From: Pseudomonadota bacterium
GTDB taxonomy: Bacteria > Pseudomonadota > Alphaproteobacteria > TMED2
NCBI GenBank assembly: GCA_039814445.1
Contig: JBCCBF010000001.1
Span: 1 to 34,032 of the forward strand
DNA length: 34,032 nt
Direction of reading: 5' to 3'
Part shown: in pieces, positions 1 to 9,762 of the stretch
How the letters are laid out: every line of letters starts with the position of its first letter
How positions within the stretch are numbered: position 1 is the first letter of the stretch
Position numbers and translations under genes: made by a program
The notes under the pieces: model-generated
Seen by the model: only the letters and a program-made list of their open reading frames with translations
Databases searched by the model: none
What the model was told of the DNA's origin: nothing

Positions 1-10
1 AGAAATCATC

Positions 11-130
11 CCCTCTCCCCTGGTGGGAGAGGGTTAGGGTGAGGGGGGAGCCACGAGGCACTCTTTGAATGATACAGTGTTAACTGCCCCACCCTCACCT
101 CGGTCCTCTCCCATCAAGGGAGAGGAGGGC
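11..130. repeat. REP-like extragenic palindromic element pair: two inverted ~40-nt units, each a short GC hairpin plus a GGTGAGGG-type tail
   Basis: CCCTCTCCC (11-19) pairs with GGGAGAGGG (25-33), giving a 9-bp stem and 5-nt loop, followed by TTAGGGTGAGGGG. The reverse complement of 87-130 has the same layout: CCTCTCCC 105-112 / GGGAGAGG 118-125, and 87-99 reads GGTGAGGGTGGGG on the other strand. It is non-coding and lies just downstream of the yejF stop. Confidence 0.55.
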
Positions 131-142
131 TAATGGTAAAAA

Positions 143-1798
143 CTAGCCACTCACCGCCTCTTCATGCACCGCTTCGATGTCGAAGGCGGCTTTGATCAGG
201 GCCTTGGTGTAATCGGTCTGGGGGGCTTCGAAAATTTGGTCGACGGGGCCTTGTTCGACCACTTTGCCGTCCTTCATGACGATCACCGAGTTTGACAAGG
301 CACGGACAACTTTTAGGTCATGGCTGATGAACAGATAGGCGAGGTCGTGTTTGGCTTGTAGGTCCCGGAGCAAGTCGACGATCTGGGCTTGCACCGACAT
401 GTCTAGGGCCGAGGTGGGCTCATCCAGCACGACGAATTTCGGCTTCAAGATCATGGCCCTGGCAATGGAGATGCGCTGGCGCTGACCGCCTGAGAATTCG
501 TGGGGATAGCGGTGGCGGGTGTCGGGGTCTAGGCCCACTTCTTCCAACACATCGGCGATCATCTGATCTTCTTCGACCTGGCTGCCAGCGAGTTTGTGCA
601 AGCGCACACCCTCAGCGATGATGCCGCCCACGGTCATGCGGGGCGACAGGCTGCCATAGGGGTCTTGGAACACCACCTGCATTTCCCGGCGCAAGGGGCG
701 GATATCACCACGACTTAGGCCTTGGATGTCCTGACCTTGGAACTGGATCGGGCCGTCGCTATTGACCAGGCGCAACAGGCCTTGGCCCAGGGTGGTTTTG
801 CCCGAGCCACTCTCACCCACCACGCCCACGGTTTCGCCGGGACGGACTGAGACAGGGATCCCATCTACGGCCTTCACATGACCCACCGTGCGCTTGATGA
901 CACCCTTACGGATCGGGAAATACACCTTCAGGTTATCAGCCTGCATGATCGGGGCCGCGTCACCGTCAAAGGCCAGGGCCTGGCCGCTGGGTTCGGCATC
1001 GATCAAGCGCTTGGTATAGGCGTGCTGCGGGTTATCGAAGGTCTCAGGGACAGCGCCGGCCTCGACGATCTCGCCCTGGTTCATAACGCACACCCGGTCC
1101 GCTACCTTGCGCACCACGCCCAGATCATGGGTGATCAGCAGCATGGCCATGCCGAGGCGCGCCTGCAGGTCCTTGAGTAAGTTCAAGACCTGGGCCTGGA
1201 CCGTCACATCGAGAGCCGTGGTTGGTTCATCGGCGATCAACAGGTCCGGCTCATTGGCCAGCGCCATGGCGATCATCACCCGCTGTCGTTGCCCGCCCGA
1301 AAGCTCGTGGGGGAACGCGCCTAGCCGCTTGGTCAGGTTGGGTAAGCCCACCAATTCGAGCAATTCAATCACCCGCGCCCGGGCTTGCACGCGGTCCATA
1401 CCCTTATGGATGAACAGCGCCTCAGCGATCTGCTTCTCGATGGTGTGCAGTGGGTTGAGCGAGGTCATCGGCTCTTGAAAGATCATCGAGATCTGATTGC
1501 CGCGGATATCGCGCAATGTCGGCTCCTTAGCCCCAATGATCTGTCGCCCGCGATACGTGATCGAGCCGCGCGGGTGGCTGGCAATCGGGTAGGGCAAGAG
1601 CTGGAGGATCGAGAGCGCGGTGACTGATTTGCCCGAGCCACTCTCCCCAACCAGGGCCAAAGTCTCGCCCGGATGGATGTCGAAATCCACATCGCGCACC
1701 GCCTCGGTGCTACCAAAGCTGACCGCCAGGTCACGGATTGAAAGCAGTGGCTCGGCGGCGGCGCTATCGGTTTTGGGGTCAGTCATCACGTCACTCAT
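143..1798 (-). CDS. yejF: ABC transporter ATP-binding protein with two fused ATPase modules (YejF-type peptide / microcin C importer ATPase)
   Basis: 551 aa. Walker A appears twice (GESGSGKSVT, GESGSGKTTL), the ABC signature LSGGQRQR twice, and Walker B twice (LLIADEPTTALD, FVVLDEPTSALD). An ATGA stop/start overlap with the upstream permease gene lies at 1795-1798. Confidence 0.85.
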   Translation of the reverse strand: MSDVMTDPKTDSAAAEPLLSIRDLAVSFGSTEAVRDVDFDIHPGETLALVGESGSGKSVTALSILQLLPYPIASHPRGSITYRGRQIIGAKEPTLRDIRGNQISMIFQEPMTSLNPLHTIEKQIAEALFIHKGMDRVQARARVIELLELVGLPNLTKRLGAFPHELSGGQRQRVMIAMALANEPDLLIADEPTTALDVTVQAQVLNLLKDLQARLGMAMLLITHDLGVVRKVADRVCVMNQGEIVEAGAVPETFDNPQHAYTKRLIDAEPSGQALAFDGDAAPIMQADNLKVYFPIRKGVIKRTVGHVKAVDGIPVSVRPGETVGVVGESGSGKTTLGQGLLRLVNSDGPIQFQGQDIQGLSRGDIRPLRREMQVVFQDPYGSLSPRMTVGGIIAEGVRLHKLAGSQVEEDQMIADVLEEVGLDPDTRHRYPHEFSGGQRQRISIARAMILKPKFVVLDEPTSALDMSVQAQIVDLLRDLQAKHDLAYLFISHDLKVVRALSNSVIVMKDGKVVEQGPVDQIFEAPQTDYTKALIKAAFDIEAVHEEAVSG

Positions 1799-2928
1799 TG
1801 GGCGGCCACCTCCGAGGCGGACGTAGCCTTGGCGGCTTTTTGTTCAGCGAGCTTTTTGGCCTCAGGCCCGACCACTTTAGGCGGCGGTGGGGCGGCCTTC
1901 CGCGGGTCAAACGCATCGCGCACAGCTTCTCCCACAAAGGTCAGCAGGATTAAGATGCTGGCGAGCGAGAAGAAGGCGGAAAAACCAAGCCACGGGGCTT
2001 GGAGGTTGTTCTTCCCTTGCGCCACGAGTTCGCCCAGAGATGGTGAGCCGGGCGGCAGGCCAAAGCCCAAAAAGTCGAGGCTAGTTAAAGACGTGATCGC
2101 ACCCGACAGGATAAAGGGCATAAAGGTAATCGTGGCGATCATGGCGTTGGGCAGCACGTGGCGGATCATGATAACGCCGTCCGAGACGCCCAAGGCACGC
2201 GCCGCCTTCACATGGTCGAAGTTGCGGGCGCGTAGGAATTCGGCCCGGACCACATCGATCAGCGACAGCCAGGCGAACAAGGCCATGGCGATCAGCAAGG
2301 TCAAAAAGCTGGGGGCCAGGAAACTGGTGATGATGATCAGCACATACAGCCCTGGCAGGGAGCGCCAAATCTCCACCACCCGCTGGCCAAGCAAATCCAC
2401 CAGTCCACCAAAAAAGCCCATACAGGCGCCTAGCAGAATGCCGACAATCGAGCCGATAATGGTCAGCGCCAGGCCAAACAGCACGGAGATCCGGAAGCCA
2501 TAGATCACCCGCGCCATCACGTCCCGGCCCTGATCATCGGTCCCCAGCCAGTTTTCGGCCGAAGGTCCCGCGGGCACGGGGCCATCCACGTTGTAATTGA
2601 TCGTGTCGTATGAGAACCGGATCGGCGGCCACAACATCCAGCCATTGTCGTTGATCAGATCGGCGATATAGGGGTCGCGATAGTCGGCCGCGATCTCAAA
2701 CTCACCGCCAAAATCTTGCTCGGTATAGGTGGCGAAGACCGGCGTATAAAGCCCGCCATCGAACTGCACCAAGAGCGGTTTATCATTGGCGATAAACTCC
2801 GCGCCCAGGGTCAGGAAGAACAGAATGGCGAACAGGATCGCGGACCAATAACCACGCTTATTGGCCTTGAAATTATGCCACCGTCGCCTAGCGATGGGGC
2901 TGGTGAAGATCAAATCCGAAAACGCCAT
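1795..2928 (-). CDS. yejE: ABC transporter permease (YejE-type, DppC/OppC-like)
   Basis: Multi-TM protein with the binding-protein-dependent permease loop ...AARALGVSDGVIMIRHVLPNA... The ORF-track start (2982) would overlap yejB by 53 nt. The internal ATG at 2928 (MAFSDLIFTSPIARRRW...) sits 1 nt after the yejB stop (TAA 2930-2932), so I prefer it. Confidence 0.8.
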   Translation of the reverse strand: MAFSDLIFTSPIARRRWHNFKANKRGYWSAILFAILFFLTLGAEFIANDKPLLVQFDGGLYTPVFATYTEQDFGGEFEIAADYRDPYIADLINDNGWMLWPPIRFSYDTINYNVDGPVPAGPSAENWLGTDDQGRDVMARVIYGFRISVLFGLALTIIGSIVGILLGACMGFFGGLVDLLGQRVVEIWRSLPGLYVLIIITSFLAPSFLTLLIAMALFAWLSLIDVVRAEFLRARNFDHVKAARALGVSDGVIMIRHVLPNAMIATITFMPFILSGAITSLTSLDFLGFGLPPGSPSLGELVAQGKNNLQAPWLGFSAFFSLASILILLTFVGEAVRDAFDPRKAAPPPPKVVGPEAKKLAEQKAAKATSASEVAAQ

Positions 2929-2929
2929 C

Positions 2930-4024
2930 TTATCGCCCCTCGAAATCGATGCGCGGATCAACCAGAGTGTAGACCAGATCACTGATCAACTGGACCACCA
3001 GGCCGAGAAGCGAGAAGAAGAACAGGGTCGCAAACACAATCGGATAGTCCCGGTTCACCAAGGCCTCAAAGCCCAAGAGACCCAGCCCGTCGAGGGAGAA
3101 GATAATCTCGATCAACAAGGCACCGGTGAACAGGATGCCAATAAAGGCGCCCGGGAAACCAGCGATCACAATCAACATGGCGTTGCGGAACACATGGCCG
3201 TAAAGCACGGTTTTCTGCGCCAGCCCCTTGGCCTTGGCAGTGGTCACATATTGCTTACCGATCTCATCCAGAAATGAGTTTTTGGTCAGCATGGTCAGGC
3301 TGGCAAACCCGCCAATCACCAGGGCCAAGAGCGGCAGGGTCATATGCCAGGCATAGTCCACCACCTTGCCCCAGAGGCTAAGTTCTTCCCAATTCGACGA
3401 GGTCAGGCCTCGAAGCGGGAACCAATCAAAATACTGCCCCCCGGCAAAGACGACGATGAGCAGGATGGCGAACAGAAAGCTGGGGATGGCATAGCCGACA
3501 ATGATCACGGCACTGGTCCAGATATCAAACCGGCTGCCGTCGCGTACGGCCTTAGCGATGCCCAGGGGGATACAGACCAGATAGGTGATCAACGTCGCCC
3601 AAAGGCCTAAGGATATCGATACCGGTAGCTTCTCAATCACCAAATCCACGACCGTCCGATCACGGAAGAAGCTCTCCCCAAAATCCAGTTGGATATAGCG
3701 GCCCATCATGTGCAAAAACCGCTCAAACGGTGGCTTATCAAAGCCGTACTGAGCTTCCAGCTCGGCGATCAACTCGGGCGGTAGGCCCCGCGCCCCGCGA
3801 TAGGTTTGCCCCCCTTCGCCGGCCTGGCCACCACCGGTGCCAAAATCACTATTCGCCTCGCCCGATACGCGGGCCGTGGCGCCGATCTCCGTACCATCAA
3901 GCCGGGCGGCCAATTGCTCAATCGGCCCACCCGGCAGAAATTGGGTCAGCACAAAGGTGACCAACATAATGCCCAGCAAGGTGACGGGGATCAGAGCAAG
4001 GCGGCGGATGATGTAATCAAGCAT
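2930..4024 (-). CDS. yejB: ABC transporter permease (YejB-type, DppB/OppB-like)
   Basis: 364 aa. N-terminus [19 protein letters not shown]... and the loop ...[22 protein letters not shown]... are typical of DppB/OppB/YejB permeases. It is the third gene of a four-gene minus-strand operon. Confidence 0.85.
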   Translation of the reverse strand: MLDYIIRRLALIPVTLLGIMLVTFVLTQFLPGGPIEQLAARLDGTEIGATARVSGEANSDFGTGGGQAGEGGQTYRGARGLPPELIAELEAQYGFDKPPFERFLHMMGRYIQLDFGESFFRDRTVVDLVIEKLPVSISLGLWATLITYLVCIPLGIAKAVRDGSRFDIWTSAVIIVGYAIPSFLFAILLIVVFAGGQYFDWFPLRGLTSSNWEELSLWGKVVDYAWHMTLPLLALVIGGFASLTMLTKNSFLDEIGKQYVTTAKAKGLAQKTVLYGHVFRNAMLIVIAGFPGAFIGILFTGALLIEIIFSLDGLGLLGFEALVNRDYPIVFATLFFFSLLGLVVQLISDLVYTLVDPRIDFEGR

Positions 4025-4038
4025 CGGTGGCGAGGGCC

Positions 4039-5916
4039 TTAGCGCTGCAAATTCGTTTGGATGGTGGCGGCCTTTTCTTCGTCAAGCCACCACCGTGTCA
4101 CGAGCCCGGGAGCGCCATATCGCGGCTGTTTGGGGTGGCTGAACCGGTTCCAATAGGCAATCCGGAACGCCGCCAAATGCCAGGCCGGAATATTGTAATT
4201 ATTCTGCAAAAGCACCCGGTCTAAGGCCCGGGTACGGGTAATCAACGCATCCCGGTCCGGGGCGGTGACGATCATATCGATCAAGGCGTCCACGGCCGGA
4301 TTTTGAATGCCGGTGAGGTTCCGGCTCCCCGGCGTCACGGCCGCTTGGGTCCCCCAAAACTCCAATTGTTCGTTACCGGGTGACAGGGATTGACCGAACA
4401 CGGTGGAGATCATGTCGAAGTTGAAATTATCAAGCAGCCGCTGATAGGTGGCGGTATCCACCACCCGCACGGTCATCTCAATCCCAACCCGCTCCAGACT
4501 TTGTTTGTAGGCCAGGACGATGCGTTCGAAGGATGGTGAGTTGATCAGCATCTCAAAGACAAAAGGCTGGCCGTTCATTTGATTGACCAGCTTGCCGTTC
4601 TCTAGACGGTACCCGGCTTCACGCAACAAAATCAGGGCTTGGCGTAACCGTCGACGGTCTTGGCCGCTGCCATCACTGACCGGCAGGGTGTATTCTGTGT
4701 TTAATGCTTTCAGCGGTATGGCGCTGGGAAACTGTTTGCGCAGCTCGGTTAAGATCTCAAGCTCTTCACCCGTGGGCAGACCGCTTGAGGCCAGCTCCGA
4801 ATTCTCAAAATAGCTATCGGTACGGGTGTAGCTATCGAAGAAAATCGTGCGGTTCATCCATTCAAAGTCAAACAGCTCAATCAGCGCCCGCCGGACTTTC
4901 TCATCCTGGAACACTGACCGGCGCAAATTGAAGGTAAAGGCTTGCATGCCTTGGGGCAGGTCATGTTCGATCTGCTCTTTGATGATATCGCCGCGTTCGA
5001 CCGCTGGGATATCATAGGCTTGCGCCCAATTGCGCGCGGTGTTTTCGATCCGGAAATCCAGCCCCCCCCCTTTAAAGGCTTCAAGCAGCACATTGGCGTC
5101 GCGGTAATAATCGATCTCAAGCCGATCAAAATTATACTGCCCTTTGAAGGCCGGCAGATCCGCCGCCCACCAATCTTTTACCCGCTCAAGGGCTAAAGAA
5201 CGCGGGCTGTCGACGGCCACAATGCTGTATGGCCCGCTGCCCAAAGGCGGCTCTAACGTGGTCTCAGCCAGGTTGCGACCCTCAGCGGTCCAGTAGTGTT
5301 TCGGCAGGATCGGCAGTTGAGCCATGATCAGGGGCAATTCACTGTTGCCGGTCCGTTTGAAATTAAATTTCACACGCCGCTCGGTCTCGGCGACCACATT
5401 GTCCACATCGGCGTAGTAACTGGCGTAAATCGGGTGCCCTACCTCGCGCAGGGTATCAAAGGTCCATTTCACATCCTCGGCCGTGATTGGTTTGCCATCA
5501 TGCCAAACCGCCTCGGGCTGCAGCTCAAACGCCACCCAGGCACGGTCATCGGGAAACTCAATGGTTTCAGCCAACCCACCATATTGGGTGAACACCTCAT
5601 CATCACCGGATTCCATGAGCGCCATGTACAGATAGCCGGTGTTTAACAACCCGCTGATCCCAGCTGGCTCGCCCTTGATGATAAAAGGGTTAAGGCTGTC
5701 AAAAGCACCCACGGCTCCGATCTTCACGGTACCGCCCTTCGGTGCATCAGGATTCACGTAATCAAAATGGGTGTAATCAGGCCCATAGGCTGGCGCTCCG
5801 GTTTTGGCCACCGCATAGCTTCGGTAGGTCTCAGCCTTTGCCACCCGCCCGGGGCTGATTACAAAAGCGCTTATCAAAGCAGCGGCTAAAGCAAAGCTAG
5901 CAATGCGTGTCATCAT
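4039..5916 (-). CDS. yejA: Periplasmic family-5 solute-binding protein of the Yej peptide importer
   Basis: About 625-aa SBP-size protein with a Sec signal peptide ([31 protein letters not shown]), heading the yejABEF-order operon. The start is uncertain: GTG 5946 (ORF track) versus ATG 5916 or 5913. None has a clear Shine-Dalgarno. Confidence 0.75.
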   Translation of the reverse strand: MMTRIASFALAAALISAFVISPGRVAKAETYRSYAVAKTGAPAYGPDYTHFDYVNPDAPKGGTVKIGAVGAFDSLNPFIIKGEPAGISGLLNTGYLYMALMESGDDEVFTQYGGLAETIEFPDDRAWVAFELQPEAVWHDGKPITAEDVKWTFDTLREVGHPIYASYYADVDNVVAETERRVKFNFKRTGNSELPLIMAQLPILPKHYWTAEGRNLAETTLEPPLGSGPYSIVAVDSPRSLALERVKDWWAADLPAFKGQYNFDRLEIDYYRDANVLLEAFKGGGLDFRIENTARNWAQAYDIPAVERGDIIKEQIEHDLPQGMQAFTFNLRRSVFQDEKVRRALIELFDFEWMNRTIFFDSYTRTDSYFENSELASSGLPTGEELEILTELRKQFPSAIPLKALNTEYTLPVSDGSGQDRRRLRQALILLREAGYRLENGKLVNQMNGQPFVFEMLINSPSFERIVLAYKQSLERVGIEMTVRVVDTATYQRLLDNFNFDMISTVFGQSLSPGNEQLEFWGTQAAVTPGSRNLTGIQNPAVDALIDMIVTAPDRDALITRTRALDRVLLQNNYNIPAWHLAAFRIAYWNRFSHPKQPRYGAPGLVTRWWLDEEKAATIQTNLQR

Positions 5917-6087
5917 CGAAAAAATCGCCAAATTTATGGTTAGCACAGCACGGGTAAGGATTTGACGCCCAACGCCAATTCATCGCCCCCTATGAGACAT
6001 AAAGAATGCGGCGGGGCTGGGGCAAGGTATAGACGCCATCCCAGCATGAACTTTATGTGGGTGAGCCGATTAAGCGTAAGTAACCGG

Positions 6088-6873
6088 TCAGCTAGACAGG
6101 ATGGCCAAGGCAGCCTCATGGGCCGTGCGGTCACAGGCAGCCAAAACCCGGCCGTCACTTTTTAGGCTCAGGGGCTTGCCATCCCAATCGGTGATCAAGC
6201 CACCGGCCCCTTCCACCACCGGCACCAAGGCCAGGAAGTCATGGGGGTGCATATCCGCCTCCACGACCAAATCGAGGAAACCAGCGGCTAACAGCCCATA
6301 ATTCAAGGCATCACCACCATAGGAGGTAAGCTTGACGGCCTGGGTTAGGCGGAAAAACCGCGCGGCATCGGCGCCTTGGAACATTTCATGGGAGGTGGCC
6401 TTGAGATGGCAGCTATCGAGGCTGCGGCACCGGCGTGTCACGGCCTTTTGCCCATTAAATAAGGCTGTGCGACCGGCGGCCCCTAACCAGCGATCACCGG
6501 TAATCGGCTGGTCGATCAAGCCCAACACGGGCGTGCCCTGGTAAAGCACCGCTATCAAGGTGGCAAAGGTGGGCAGGCCAGAAATAAACGCGCGAGTCCC
6601 ATCGATCGGGTCGATGACCCACACCCATTCGGCCTCAAGATTTTCGGCCCCATGTTCCTCACCCCAGATGCCATCTTGGGGGCGTTCCGCTCGGATCATC
6701 TCACGCAACGCGGTCTCGATGGCCTTGTCAGCCTTGGTGACCGGGCTGTTATCAGCCTTATGATCCACAGCCGTGCCGGTGCGCCAATAGGGTTGCACTA
6801 CCTCGCGTGCCTTTTCGGCCATGGCTTCAGCCAAAGCCACCACATGGGCCGGACAAATCTCAAGGTCAGCCAT
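6088..6873 (-). CDS. hisN: Inositol monophosphatase family protein, probably histidinol-phosphatase HisN
   Basis: 261 aa with the IMPase metal-binding motifs ...GEEHG... and WVIDPIDGTRAF. GLIDQPITGDRWLG resembles the alphaproteobacterial HisN subfamily as I remember it. Subfamily assignment is not verifiable without an HMM. Confidence 0.6.
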   Translation of the reverse strand: MADLEICPAHVVALAEAMAEKAREVVQPYWRTGTAVDHKADNSPVTKADKAIETALREMIRAERPQDGIWGEEHGAENLEAEWVWVIDPIDGTRAFISGLPTFATLIAVLYQGTPVLGLIDQPITGDRWLGAAGRTALFNGQKAVTRRCRSLDSCHLKATSHEMFQGADAARFFRLTQAVKLTSYGGDALNYGLLAAGFLDLVVEADMHPHDFLALVPVVEGAGGLITDWDGKPLSLKSDGRVLAACDRTAHEAALAILSS

Positions 6874-6935
6874 AAAACACTAAGTTAGTTTTGGTGGTTG
6901 AAACGACGTGATGGTTTAGGCAAATGGGCGAAAGA

Positions 6936-7763
6936 CTATTGGTTAGCGCGGCTTGGGATCGCATCAGGATCACTGCCCGCAGGATCACGTATCGCTGGGT
7001 TAAGCACCTCGTCCTCTTCGCCTTCCAGACCAACAGTTTGGCCAGCCTCGGTCACGCCCTCTTGGATCGCCTGATCAGCGGTCTCGGCGGCATCCTCCAC
7101 CGCTTCCATTGCGTCGCGCGCGGCATTACTGGCGGCGTCTGTCGCCTCATCCATGGCATCGCCTGCGGCTTCTTCCGCCTCTTCCGCCACTTCGGTGAAG
7201 CCTAAATCAACCTTGTCGGCGGCAATACGCGCTTCATCGGGCAGTGCGGCGGGGCTGGCTGCCAGGGTGCGCAGATAGGCGATCAAATTGGCCCGATCTT
7301 CGGCGTCGCGGAGCCCGGCATAATTCATTTTCGTACCCGGCATGTACTCACGCGGCTTGTAGAAAAACTTATTCAGGCTCTCATAGGTCCAATTGCCACC
7401 CCATTCCGCCATGGCGGTTGAGTATGAGTAATTATCCAGATGCGCCACGCTGGCATCGACGATGTCATAGAGATTTGGCCCCACCTTATTCGGCCCACCT
7501 TGGTTGAAGCTATGGCACGCGACACAGGCACGGCTTAGGGCTTCACCCGCGCTAACATCGGCGGTTGAGAGCATGGCTAGGATTGGTTCAGGACCGGTGG
7601 GGCCTGCGTCAATCACAGCAGCCTCAACGCCATCAATGGCCAGCGCGGTTTCCGTGGGCTTTTCTGGATGCACGATTTTGCGCGAGATAAAACTCGCCAT
7701 CATGGCGACCAAACCAGCGGTCAAAACGGCGGCGAATACCTTGTTAAACTCGTTACTATCCAT
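6936..7763 (-). CDS. Membrane-anchored class I c-type cytochrome (CycM-like) with a long acidic C-terminal extension
   Basis: N-terminal TM anchor (VFAAVLTAGLVAMMASFI), heme-binding CXXCH (CVACH) and a distal Met motif (PGTKMNYAG). About 108 extra C-terminal residues are rich in Ala, Glu and Asp. Confidence 0.8.
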   Translation of the reverse strand: MDSNEFNKVFAAVLTAGLVAMMASFISRKIVHPEKPTETALAIDGVEAAVIDAGPTGPEPILAMLSTADVSAGEALSRACVACHSFNQGGPNKVGPNLYDIVDASVAHLDNYSYSTAMAEWGGNWTYESLNKFFYKPREYMPGTKMNYAGLRDAEDRANLIAYLRTLAASPAALPDEARIAADKVDLGFTEVAEEAEEAAGDAMDEATDAASNAARDAMEAVEDAAETADQAIQEGVTEAGQTVGLEGEEDEVLNPAIRDPAGSDPDAIPSRANQ

Positions 7764-7965
7764 CGTGTCTCTCTAATAAGCACGGCTAAAGCACTGAAAA
7801 TGCTATCTCGACTGTGCTCAAAACATAGCGACGGCATGACATACTGTCGATGGTCAACAATGTCTCGGCTGTCAGCACATGAAGCAAAACCCCGCGCGGC
7901 AATCAAGGGGATATTAGAATTTATCTAACAATCGTTAAATCATGGCGAATGATCTGGCCTATCAC

Positions 7966-8763
7966 TCACCCATATTGCGCAAACCATTCATGGGTTTCGA
8001 CCAGAAGTGAAGCGAGCGCCTCAGGCGTGGTGAAACAATGATCAGAACCCGGGATAAGCACCCGGCAATTCGCCGGGTGCCCCGCGCTGTGCCATGACAA
8101 ACCGCTCTTCTGGAACACCTCATACTCATCGCCTTGTGAGGCACTGATTACCTTGATCGGGCGGTTCAGATCACGTGATAGGGCCAAGCAATTCTCCGCG
8201 CTGTAATCACGGCTGCGGCCCTCGGCCACCATGGCCTGGCCAACCGCCACCTCAACCCCACCAAAATTGAGCCAGGCAAGGCCCTCCTGTTCGATGACCG
8301 TCATCTTTTGCCAGATCATCGGCAGATCAAATGACGGGTCCCAGAGACAAATAGCCGCTGCCTCCCGGGGCAGGGCCGTCATGACCGTCGGGCCACCATA
8401 ACTATGGCCAATCACAAACAGCTTGTCATAACGCGCGGCCTGGGCCGCGATGACCGCCTGCACATCCTCGCCATGGGTCTTGATCGTGGCCTGGCGCAGC
8501 GGGAAATCTTGGCTTTGCAGGTTAAACCGCAGCACATCGTAACCATGCCCGGCAAAATACCCCGCCGCCACCTGATGCAGATGCTCATCCATGGAGCCGG
8601 TCAGACCGTGCACCTGGATAATGGCCTGGTTGCGTGGGGCCGCGCCATCGCAACGATCGGTCCAGCCCTGGATATGATGACCAGTGGGTGAGGCCACCTG
8701 CCATGGGTCACGGCAGAGGCTCGTGAGCGCGGTTTGCGTGATATTAAAATCCGTAATCGCCAT
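7966..8763 (-). CDS. Alpha/beta-hydrolase fold protein, substrate unknown
   Basis: 265 aa. It has the GHSYGG nucleophile elbow (G-x-S-x-G), an upstream HG motif (IIQVHGLTGS) and a late His candidate (PGSDHCF). Confidence 0.65.
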   Translation of the reverse strand: MAITDFNITQTALTSLCRDPWQVASPTGHHIQGWTDRCDGAAPRNQAIIQVHGLTGSMDEHLHQVAAGYFAGHGYDVLRFNLQSQDFPLRQATIKTHGEDVQAVIAAQAARYDKLFVIGHSYGGPTVMTALPREAAAICLWDPSFDLPMIWQKMTVIEQEGLAWLNFGGVEVAVGQAMVAEGRSRDYSAENCLALSRDLNRPIKVISASQGDEYEVFQKSGLSWHSAGHPANCRVLIPGSDHCFTTPEALASLLVETHEWFAQYG

Positions 8764-8884
8764 GGGATATTCGCTCTTTTGGTCTGTGCTGAATTGACCC
8801 GAGGCTTAACCCAGTATTAAGTCTCACGCCAGCCAACAGACCACAGCACCAATCACAACCCAGACCACATCACGGTAAAAGACG

Positions 8885-9760
8885 ATGTCCGCCACAGCTG
8901 ATCAAACCATTGCCTTCCAGGGGGCCCGCGGGGCCTATTCCGACATGGCGTGCCGGGAACGCTTCCCGGAGAAGACAACCCTTCCTTGTCAGTCATTTGA
9001 GGACACGTTTGACGCGGTCACCAGCGGCCAGGCGACCTTGGCCATGATCCCGATTGAGAACTCAATCGCCGGTCGGGTTGCGGATATTCACCGGCTGATG
9101 CCCGATAGTGGCCTGACCATTATCGGCGAGCATTTCGCCCGGGTGAACCACCAGTTACTGGTGATGCCAGGGGTTACCCATGGGGACATCAAAAGCGTAC
9201 ACAGCCATGTGCATGCCCTCGGCCAATGCGGCAAGATGATTGCGTCCCTGAAAGCCCAAGCGGTGATTGAGGCCGATACCGCGGGCTCGGCGGCCCTGCT
9301 GGCCGAGGGTAAACAACGGGACCGGGCGGTGATCGCATCCAGCCTGGCGGCCGAGATTTACGGCCTGGAGATACTCGAAAGCGATATTGAGGATGCGGAT
9401 CACAACACCACACGGTTTGTGATCATGACCGCTGATGAGGCCGATGAGCCAAAATCAAACCCCTCACCCGACATCACCCCCAATACCGTGACCAGCTTCG
9501 TGTTCCGTGTGCGCAATATTCCAGCGGCTTTGTATAAAGCCATGGGTGGGTTTGCCACCAATGGCATCAACATGACCAAGCTGGAAAGCTACATGCTGGG
9601 CGGTGATTTTCACGCCACTCAATTCTACGCCGATATTGAGGGGCATCCCTGGGACCGGCCGGTGGCCTTGGCCTTAGAAGAGCTAGGTTTCTTTGCTGCT
9701 GAGCTGAAAGTGATGGGCGTGTACGAAGCCCATCCCTACCGCTATGAAAAACGGAAATAG
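8885..9760 (+). CDS. pheA: Prephenate dehydratase (monofunctional, PDT + ACT domains)
   Basis: 291 aa. The sequence shows IAFQGARGAYSD..., LAMIPIENSIAGRV, NTTRFVIM, and an ACT region SFVFRVRNIPAALYKAMGGFATNGINMTKLESY. Confidence 0.85.
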   Translation: MSATADQTIAFQGARGAYSDMACRERFPEKTTLPCQSFEDTFDAVTSGQATLAMIPIENSIAGRVADIHRLMPDSGLTIIGEHFARVNHQLLVMPGVTHGDIKSVHSHVHALGQCGKMIASLKAQAVIEADTAGSAALLAEGKQRDRAVIASSLAAEIYGLEILESDIEDADHNTTRFVIMTADEADEPKSNPSPDITPNTVTSFVFRVRNIPAALYKAMGGFATNGINMTKLESYMLGGDFHATQFYADIEGHPWDRPVALALEELGFFAAELKVMGVYEAHPYRYEKRK

Positions 9761-9762
9761 CC

